From Raillietiella orientalis (Eukaryota): a DNA stretch of 64,000 bases. Position numbers and translations under genes: made by a program. The stretch is from positions 1,178,001 to 1,242,000 of the forward strand of contig JAYWIR010000048.1 of NCBI GenBank assembly GCA_036172245.1. Reading direction: 5' to 3'. Shown here piece after piece: positions 54,351 through 64,000 of this stretch (position 1 is the first letter of the stretch; every line of letters begins with the position of its first letter). The notes beneath the pieces are model-generated. The model saw only the letters and a program-made list of their open reading frames with translations, was not told the origin of the DNA and did no database searches.

Positions 54351-56322
54351 ATGTCCGTCATGCTGAGGACCCAGAGACAGCATTGCTATCTGTGTGATCT
54401 GCCCCGCACCCCATGGGCGATGCTGCACGATTTCAGTGAACCAGTTTGCCGTGGTTGCGTGAATTACGAAGGTGCCGACCGCATTGAGAACGTTATCGAG
54501 ACGGCGAGGCAGCTGAAGCGGGCCCACGGCTTCCCGCAGGAGACTCGGAATTTCGTGAAGAGCGGTGCGATCCCCCGAAACCCCCACGAAGGTCAGAATG
54601 GCGCCGTGGCCATGAGCATCGACGCGTCCACCATATCGCTGCACTCTGGCCGTTCCGCCGGGGCGACCTCCTGCGTGGCCACGGTCCCAGTCAGTTACAC
54701 GGTCCAGCCCGATGGCCGCACGACGCGCTCCTCGATGTTAGATTACCCCCGAGTAGGTCAACATCGTGATACCGACAATCACAAACACACCGAAATTAAC
54801 TTCACCAGAAGCAACCCTAGTCACTTGAGTATGCCTGCGGCGGCGTCCAGGAGCCAGTCCTCCTCGTCGCACCACCAGACCCGTCAAGCCACCAACGCAC
54901 ATTCCGTGAAGAGGGAAAGAGAAGAGGAAGAGCACCTGCACTCGGAATCGGGCCTGAAGAGACATCAGGCGGATGACCACCAGCAGCGACCTTCTTTGCA
55001 AAGGGGTGAAAGCATGCCGGCCGCCGTGTACGCCAGCTTCGACGGCAGATTTAGAGAGATTAAGCATCCAGTGCGGTTGCATTCCGTTGACGGGACGAGC
55101 AAACAAGGTAAAGATTTAGACGGAAAGAACGTTTTCCCGTGGCGATTCGATCGCCGGGCGAGACGTTAGGTGTTTTCTAAGCAGTGTTCTCGGGGCGAGA
55201 TTCATAAAGGAATGCTGACGTCACTCGCATAGCAACAAAGAACGAATGAGAGTACGAACTGGCGCATTGCCAATAGCAACGTCACACGATTCGTGAACTG
55301 ATGGGCGAGTTAACCATTTTGAAAGGAACAAAAAAAAAAAAAAAAAACCGTACCGGCGTTCCTGTTTTGTAAACTGTGCATAAAGCTGTAAACTGTACAT
55401 GCTTATTGGCAGTTAATGTACTGATGTTGATTGTATATTCTTGTTTTAATTTATTACTGATGGTTTTTGGAATGGCCATTCATTGATTCTTTTTTTTTTT
55501 TTTTCTTTTTTTTTTCTTTTTTGCCATTTAGATGTTAGTGACTGTAAGCATTCCTTTATATTCTAGTGTATTCGATAGGAGCCGCTGTGAGTAGCGGCGC
55601 TCTCCCTCAGGTCAATCGTGTGTCCACCTCGGAGTCTGGTGTCCCGACCACCCAAGCAAATATCGCGGGGCCATCCCCCATGGCCGCGCTCTCGTCGGTG
55701 ACGGACAATCTCCTGCCGGGGTCTCCACGCAACGGCGCGAGTCCCCAGGGATGCGCAGGTTCCAAGTCAGCTGCGCGCAGCTCGCAGCATTCGCCTACTT
55801 CTGGTGAGTGCTGCCGCGAGCCGATTTCCCAACAGCCTAATTGCGGGATCCGAACGTTCCAGCATCCGGAAGCAAAAGACGGTCGTCAGGCAGCAGCCGC
55901 CGATCATCCGAAACTTCTGATTCGTCCGTCTCCGGCGTGCCCGCAGCCTCCGCGAGCGCAGTATCCCAGCAAGTGGCGGGCGACCCCGGCGCGGTCCCCC
56001 TGGGCGCCACGCTGAAGTGCACCATCTGCAACGAGCGCCTGGAGGACACGCACTTCGTACAGTGTCCGTCCGTACAGAGCCACAAGTTCTGCTTCCCGTG
56101 CTCCCGGGAGAGCATCAAGCGCCAGGGGATCAGCAGCGAAGTAAGCGCCCCCTCACCCCCACCCCCACCCCGCGCCGCTCTAACCAACGCTCTCCCACGA
56201 AGGTGTACTGCCCGAGCGGCGAAAAGTGCCCCTTGGCGGGCTCCAACGTGCCCTGGGCCTTCATGCAGAACGAGATCGCCACCATTTTGGGTGAAAGCAT
56301 AAATAAGGACCGCGAAAGCTGA
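54351..56322 (+). CDS. IRF2BP: Interferon regulatory factor 2-binding protein family corepressor (IRF2BP/Pits-like), 4 coding exons, ~460 aa
   Basis: N-terminal C4 zinc finger [39 protein letters not shown]-terminal C3HC4 [40 protein letters not shown]...[30 protein letters not shown]. Exons are 54351-55107, (55567, 55579 or 55582)-55803, 55863-56140 and 56203-56322. All junctions are GT-AG and frame-consistent; the exon 2 acceptor is ambiguous. Confidence 0.96.
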
Positions 56323-56925
56323 GAGGCAGCAGCGCACTGTGCAGTTGGTTTTATAGCTCAACGGATGTACCTGATATCCATCCGATGTTTCATAACTTCC
56401 ATTCTTAAGCCAGTTTTCCTTTTTTCCTTTTTTTTTTCCCTCCCCCATTTTTTTTTTTTTTTTTTTTTTCCCCTTTCGTTTTGTCCTTTGCTTTCTATCT
56501 CCCCATTAGCAGTATTGTCCCATGATTTCTGCCGATGTTAGTGCTAGTCAGGGGATTTTTTTGGCGTGGAAATGAAGAGTCAACGAAATTCCTGTTCATG
56601 TTCGTCTTTTCCTTTTTTAAGGAAATAAATTCGATCCATGAAGTTTTTCTTATCTTCAGCATTCGCTGATAAATTCTGCTGTTTCGAATACCAGCGCCCC
56701 CCCCCCCCCTTCATCTCCCTATTTGGCAGCGCTCCAAGTAGCGCTTCAAGGTTGCATCACGACGAGTCGTCGTCGATCTGTGACGTCAGCGACGCGAGGA
56801 ATGCGGGGGAGAAGCGCCTTTCTGCCCGATTGTTGGCGGCGCGACCGCGGCGGCAAGAATGAGCCGCCGCCGTGCCCTCTACCCCCTCCCCCCCCCCCAG
56901 GCAGTCCGGGCGCGCGCGCGCCAGA

Positions 56926-56987
56926 GGCGGCGGCGGCGGTGGCGGTGGTGGTGGTGGTGGTGGTGGTGGTGGTGGTGGTGGTGGTGG
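56926..56987 (+). repeat. (GGC)n(GGT)n microsatellite downstream of IRF2BP
   Basis: About 20 consecutive GGY triplets. Confidence 0.9.
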
Positions 56988-59900
56988 GCCCCGAGCAAGG
57001 CGCGGGGGGTCGGCTTGGCGTTCGCTGGCACCACCGGCATGCCGTCGAGATGCGTGCAGTATGGATCTCGGTTTCCTGCGGAAGGGTTGGGCGCCGTGCA
57101 TCGAGGCCTTCCTCATGGGTGTGTGTTGGGCATCTCTTTCGGGTGTTGCGGGCGGGAGGGTGCTCGCCAGAGGGACGCTGAGCTTCCCGAAGTGGTGTTT
57201 GGACGTCTCCCATGCATAAAAGGAAAGGAAAAAAAAAAAAAAAAACCGTTTGGTAACCGTAGAGCTATTACAAAGGTTTCTGGCCATCGTCTTCCCCCCC
57301 CAAAAAATAAAAAATAAAAATAAAAAACAAATAAAAAATAAAAATTGCAACTGTTTGGCATGTTCCTATCGATGGTAGAAATACACGTTGGTACACGTGT
57401 ACCTTATGTGCATCCCAGATGTGTGTTTGCGCGCCTCGGGGTTTCATCTTCATTTCGTTTCCGCGGTGGGAGTCGCTCCTGCCCGGATGGGGTGAGTACG
57501 CCGAGTAAAGGGGGAAAGGGCGGCCGGGGGTGTCTCTGGCCGTCGTCTCCCTGTTCCCCGGAATCCCGTTGATCCGGGTTGCGGCGCCAACCCGGAAGAC
57601 CCCCGCGGGGCTCGGGAATGCCGCGGTCGTCCATGCGAACGGGCTGCGCAGGGGTGCCCTTGCCGTGTGGGGCAGTCGACTGGAAGTCCGACCTTTTTCC
57701 TTCCTTTTTTTTTTCCCCCGGCAGCGGGCGCTGCCGATTTCATGGTCGCCCATTTCGTGTGTGCATCAGATGATTGGGTAATGGGCAGCTGCAGCCACTC
57801 GGCAGCCTTGCCCACTCTGTAGTAACTCATCTCGCGGAGGATGCGAAAGATACAAAGTGAATCGGCTGCTGCTGCTCGTTGTTGATTTGGGCGGCCTTTT
57901 TTTTTTTTTTTTTTTCCCCTTCTTTTTTTCAAATCGTCAGCACTGTTGCTTTCTGCGAAGACCTTGGGATGAATATTCGGAGGTCAAAGCACCGGGTGGA
58001 GAGCAAAAAAGCGGCGGTGGCTCCGCAGCGCAGGGAGCGCCGCACCGTGGGTGTTGGATCCCCTCCGCAGACCCCCCCTTCTGCCCATCGGCGACCTCCG
58101 GCAGCAGTGGCAGCGTCCCCGCGCGCTATCTCCGCGCTCGTTTCGTATTCTGCACGGATGCCGTGTGTTATCGCCGTTTCCTTTCTGAATTTGCTCAGCT
58201 TTTCCTTTTTTTTTTTTTCTTTCGGCCTTCCCCCTCTCCCCTTGGAAACTTTGCTCCATCATTATTCATCAGCCGCGTATTTGCTCTTTCGCCGTTTTAT
58301 CTCGCGCAGGCCATTCCGCCCTGCGAAGGCGGCGTGCAGTCCTCGGAGGCTGACCCCGCAGCTTGCGGAAAGGGTGGCGTAAACACTTCGCGATCCACCG
58401 CTGGGGGGATTTTTTTTTTTTTTTTTCGTTTCCCCCCTCCCCTTCCCCCCTTCCCTCGCGTGAACGCGAATGCTTTCCGCGCCCGCTGCTGCCGCGGGGC
58501 CACCAAAGGGGGGGGTCTCTCTTGGCTGGACGGCGGCCGCGAGCCGTCTCGTCGAACGACGGGCAAGCGACGTGGACCTCCCTCCTCCTCTCCCGTAGTG
58601 GTTTTCGAACCCGCGCTGTGCACGCGTGGCCTTGCTTTTTGATCCATTGCCAATTCCGGTCGACCTTTGGAGTGGCGTGGTCGTGGTACTCCGCTATCAG
58701 TCCATGCCGCTCGCAGGTGGTTGGGAGTGGAGGCGCAGCCTTGCTTCGTTCTCGCGTAGGAGCCGCCGCCGTGGACTCGGCGCGGGCGAGGTTGGTCCAG
58801 CGCGCGCAGGAGGAGGGCGCGTGGGATCGGGGCGCTGCCCCCCACCCGCTCGCCGCGCGGCTCCTTCCGACGGCAGTCCGACGGCGATCCGTCGCCAAAG
58901 TTGCGCGCCCGAAATCCTCCCGCGTGGGCTGCGAGCGATAAATGACGGCACAGTTCGCTCGGCCCGCAATCAGCACGTTTCGAGCGTGTTATCACGGCTC
59001 CGTTCCGGGCGTATCGCGTTGATAGCAGCCTCCGTTTTATGCAGATGCGCCCGCGAGTCACTTCGGCGATGTCCTAACGTTTTTGTCAATACGAATTGCG
59101 CAACCGCCGCGGACATTTGTTTGTAAGGATCGGTAATCAGCAAAGCTCACCCGGTGGTGTGCCCAAACTTTGCTTTCGGATGCTCCGCCACCCCACCCCC
59201 CATCCATCCTCCTCCTCATCCTTGCCAGCGACGCAACGTGCCTTTTTTTTCCTTTTTTTTTTTTTTTTTTTCCTGTTTCCCGCCTTGCGAGGAGGCGGAC
59301 TGACTGACCGCGCTCCCGGCGGCGGCGACCGGCTGCACATTCAAATCATCCGACGCAGAATCCGTCTCGTGCCCGCAGTCTCCCAACTCGCGGTTACCGC
59401 CGCCTGCCCTGCCCATTTTCGCTCCTGCTGCCTTTCTTTTTTTTTTTTTTTTTTTTTTTTTTATCATCATCACTATTTATTTTCACGGGAGCTTCAGAAA
59501 GGAAGCGTGTCTTATCATCTCCGGCAGTGACTAGTTGCAAATCGCCCTGATCCAAGAAGTCCCTCCCCCCCCCCCCTTCCTCTCCAGAGTGCGATCTTGG
59601 CTCGGGAAGACGTCACCGCCGAAAGGCTGCTCGGAGCGCTGCCACGCAGAGTGCGACAGCAACCGAGGAAGAACGCGCGCGCAGGGAGGCCCTCCCCGGG
59701 GTCCAGAATGGCACATTCGGTCCACGGAAAATTTTCCGCAAAGCACAGCGGGAAGGTGCGAGGACGTCCTCGGCTTTGGCGCCGACGGCCGCCACGACTC
59801 CTTGCGATGGGTGCGCGGCTGCAATTCGTTCTTCCGAGTCGCCAACGAGTGCGAGATGTGAGTGCGCGTCCCGTGGTCCTTCCCCCTGCACTTCCCGCGG

Positions 59901-62900
59901 TTTGTGCCACATCGCGTTCGACCACGACCGAACCACTTCGTGAGGCGTCTCCTAACCCGCAAGCGGTGGGCGGCCCCTCCATGAAAGTTGGCGGTGGCGG
60001 CCGCCCGCTGTGCGCGTCCTTTTCTACTTGAGAACGCTGCGTGGAGTGACCCGGCGGCGGGGCCGACCTCGTTTCCCGAGCGCCGGTCGCGGTCACGAAC
60101 TTCCAACCTCAGTGATCGGTGGGCTGTCTCATGCAACTGAGGCTGCGGAACAGTTACCTCGTGCGGCGTGCTTGCGTCTGCCCCTGAGGGACGCAGCGGG
60201 ACGCTTCTTCCCCCCGCAAGGAAAGATCTCGGAGCAGCGGCGGTCCTCGGAGGCTGCGAGGGAAACCCCTTAGAGGAACGAGCACTCCCCTATTTATTAT
60301 TTCAGTGTTGTTGATCCGGAAGGTCTTCATTAGCCATAAAATCGCTGATACATGCACGGGAATCCTTTTGATTTAGAATCCCCAAAAGCAAATAAATAAA
60401 CTGTGTGGCACTCCAGCAAACGTGCACGCGAAGATGCGTCGGTTCCCATGGCTGCCTCTCGCAAGCTTTCAAAACCACGTGATTGCCAATTTTTCACCAG
60501 CCGTCCACATGGAATTTCGTCGATTTAATAGAATTTGCTTGCTGATTTCAGTGCACAGCTGCAGTTTCTCTCGCATCAGCATAGAAGGAAAAAAAAAATC
60601 TTTCTGCCCAACGTTCCGAGGCGGATTCAATAAAAGTTTCTCGGCAGCTTCCCTGACGCCTCACTTACTACCAGCATGAGTCACCACTACTACTTTGCAC
60701 ACTTGCTGCCGTAGCAGTACCAACTTCTTTTGTCTCGCATCCTCCTCCGTGCTTCCAGTCCACGCGGGAAAGCGACCCCGCGTTCCTCAGGCTTCTCGGA
60801 CAGCGCTCCGAGCCGGCATGCCTCCGGGGTCTTCGCGACCGCGTGCGGAGGACCTTCGTCGCTTAGGAACGCCCGCCGTGCGGGCCCCGCTCGCAGAGAG
60901 GAGATCCCTGAGCGGACCGTGCCGAAGAAGCCGCGTGGATCGGCAGCTCACCAGAGGGTGCATCAGCTGCTGCCGAGCAGAAGAGTACAAGTCGGCCAGC
61001 GGCGTGCCGAAGTCCTCCCTGCCAGGAAGGCTGCTCACCAGCGGTGCTCCAGAGGAAGACGGGGGGGGGGAGGGGTTCGGCACTGGGGCTGCAGAAAGCG
61101 CTTTTGAAGCGGCGCGCGCCCTCCAAAGATGGCCGAGACGTTCGATGGCTGAGCCGAAAGCATCTCGAATGGGTGCTCTCCTGCATCCGGGGAGCGGGGA
61201 GATTTCGCTCCCCCTCCCCTCCCCCAGCCACGTGCAACTTCCGTTTCCTCAGCCGAGGGTGCCGCACCGTTCAGCTGGACGACGCACGGAGCAGCATCGC
61301 AGGCTCCCGACCGGCACAAGATTCGAAGCCGGGAGAACCTCGCTCCGGACCACTTCGAAGCTGCTCCCGCAGCCGGGTGGATCACGGGAAGGCGTGGTCG
61401 CGCTCGTCCTCGCGCCAGGAAGCAGCCGTCGCGCGCTTCCCGTGGCGACGGCGGCAGGGAGGACAACGGTCAGACGCTCCTGAAAAGAGCGCGTTTGCCG
61501 AAGAGAAGTCCACTTTGCACCACCACCCGAGGAGCGTGTCTCCTCCGGTGACGTCGACAGTGCAGTGTCCATGGCAATCCCGTGATTCTGGAGGGGGGGA
61601 GGGGAGGTACGCTCAAATGATGTGGTACATTACTCGGAAATGCCTTTTTTAATCAGGAAAACATGAGAAATCAAACCCGCCGAGTAAGTCCATAAATCAT
61701 GGGCTAATCTGTTCTGACGGAGCACAACTTGCCAAGGGCTATTGTCTGCGCGGAGCTCTTCCATCCCACCCAAGTCCTACCCCCCCCAACTTTTCGTCCT
61801 TGCTGGCTGCGTGAGCAGATGCAAATGACTCTCACACGAATGCCGGTGTCTCAGCCGCCTCCGCCTCGCCCCGCAGCTGGAAGTGATGAAACCACCACGT
61901 TGAGGATGAAAGAGCCATCACGAAGAGCCATCACGCGCAGTATCTTCGGAAGTGTGAATTGGTTCCCGGAGAGCCACCAGGCGCTCGATCCGGAGCCAAA
62001 AAGGGTAAAAAAGGGCATCCCAGGACGCACTGCTGGCCCCCAAACCTCCTCCCCCCCCCTGTGCACGAGCATCATCATCATCATCAGCAGCAGCAGCAGC
62101 AGCATCATTTTTTGTTTTTGTTTTTGTTTTCTTTAAAGCGAAAAAAAAAAACCCCCATTGTGCTTAAATACCTTTCTATTTAGAAGGCGCGTTCCGTGTC
62201 AGACCTCGTGGGAGAGGTCGGAAGAGACGCATGCCGAACGCCGCGCGGCGTGTACGAGAGTGTCGCCTCGGTACGTACGGAATCCGAAACGCCTGTCGGG
62301 GCGTGGGGGATTTCCGGCTCCTCCTCGTGCGCCCACCCCCTGGACCGAACCAGGGCGGCCCCTCCACCACCTCTCCACGAGTGTACGCTGCGTGCGTACA
62401 ACCCCGCGAACCGGCGGATTCCGACGTGCTCGCGGTTTCGAATTCGTGCCAAACCTCCGCCTGCTTCCGGGCAGTCCTTCCGTTGGCTCCTTGCGCACCC
62501 GGGCTTTCCCCCTGTTCCCCCCTCCCCCTTCATCTTCTTCCTCCCTCCCCTTTCCCTTTGCGTATAGGCAAGGTCCCGAGGGTTTCCTTTTGGGAATTCG
62601 TTTGCGGTTCGGCGGTCCGTGCAACGTGCGGCGTGTCGGTGATGTTCCGCTGCCGTTCACGGCACGCAAAGTGTTATCAGTTTCATCACTCGATGGCCGC
62701 CGGCCGTGCCGTTTGCTGCTCCGGCTGGGGAGAGGTCTCCACTTTGAAACGTCCCAGAGATCATCCCCAGCCTTTTTCCTTCTTCTTCTCTGCCCTCCGT
62801 TCTCTCTTCTCGTTGCCTGGCTACGCTTTGCGGTGCGCATGCGAACCGCACTGCTCCGTGAGATCATCTGCTCGCGCCGCTCCTTGCGGCCACCTTCCGG

Positions 62901-62924
62901 CTCGTGCGCCCGGTGGTAGGAATG

Positions 62925-63171
62925 CGAGCTTTGCGTGTCAAAGGACCGAGGTCGCGTGCGCGTGTGTGGTGGTGGTGGCGGCTGCCGGCGAGCCCTTCCC
63001 TGAAACGCTGCAGTTTGCAGCCGCAACGCGGCAGCCCCTCTTTTGAACGGCGGACGCGGTGGCTCAGCGCACTCTGCCACACCTCGGTCGTGCCGCGTGC
63101 CGCCTTCAGGAGAACCCCCGACGAAGGCGCGCGCGCGGTTCCTTCCTCTGCAAAGCCAACACCCACCTCGA
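62925..63171 (+). repeat. ~245-bp dispersed direct duplication, copy 2
   Basis: Matches 48903-49134. Confidence 0.93.
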
Positions 63172-64000
63172 CTTCCAAACCCTCGACCGATGCGCCTGAC
63201 CTTCTTGCTGCGGCCCCGATGGCCATCAACAGCCGCGTCCGGGTGTGCGAGTGTACAAGAGCAATCGGTTTCTTTGCGACACCGAGGCGCGCTTCCGAGG
63301 AGTGGGAAGGGGGTGGGGGGGGACGATGGCGAAAGGGGGTCACCGCACATCCCGCGATGTTTCCACCAAGTCCTCGCTCCCTCGTGATCCGCCAGTCCTC
63401 GTCTTCCAGGCAGAGTTTTGCCCAAGTGGGCACGGGGAGCGCATTTTCGTCAGAGCGGTTCCAAGCTGGCGCGAAAGCCTGCGGAAACACATCCGTGCTG
63501 CCCATGGTGGTCGCATGCGTGCTCCGTGGTGCACGGTGAGCACGCGTGCCCCCTCACAGTGATGGGGAAGCAGTGATTTTTCCCCCCCCGCCAGTGTACG
63601 CGTGCCGACCTCATGTACAAGACGCAAACCCCGCTTCGAAGACGCTGATGGACCGCTCGTGTGGGACTGACCGAAACGCACGCACGCGCACGCTGCGTGC
63701 CGACGACGTGATTCGCCCCTCCTCGTTTTCCAAGTTCGCTCCCGCCGAAAAGTGGTCCGTGCCACGGTTGGTCCTCCAAGGTCGCCATCGCGCCTTCGTG
63801 TCTGTTGGTTCCGCTCCTCCGGAGCGCTGCTGCCGCAGCCGGGGGGCCACTTCGCGCGCGGTTGCGCAGCCTCGGCCCCGATGCCAGCTGACGTCTGAAG
63901 CCCGTCCGAAGCCACGTGCCGGCCCCAGGAGGGCTGCCCCGTTTCTTGCGCCCTCTTCGGACGTGCACCCTTCGGGCTGCGTCCCGGAAAGAGACCCTGC

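Overview
Eukaryotic genomic DNA, most likely from an invertebrate and probably an arthropod. Evidence for this is the short GT-AG introns, many homopolymer runs and strongly mosaic GC/CpG content. Three conserved genes can be reconstructed: a 5-exon Runt-domain (Runx) transcription factor on the minus strand ending in VWRPY (396-2278), the mitochondrial ankyrin-AAA+ disaggregase CLPB/Skd3 (20905-22800, one in-frame 57-nt intron) inside an AT-rich, CpG-depleted island, and a 4-exon IRF2BP/Pits-family corepressor (54351-56322). I recognise no protein in the rest of the window; most long ORFs there look like by-products of high GC. That sequence does carry structure. It has three copies of an apparent tRNA-derived SINE, several 70-250 bp direct and inverted local duplications, and a composite segment bounded by hairpin-containing direct repeats. 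It also has a ~200-bp inverted repeat upstream of IRF2BP, short near-perfect palindromes, a frame-preserving Asn/Ser/Thr minisatellite, and CRE and RFX X-box-like motifs. I found no CRISPR array, rRNA, intact tRNA or autonomous transposon ORF, and I cannot support a wholly new biological system from this sequence. All alignments and counts were done by eye.
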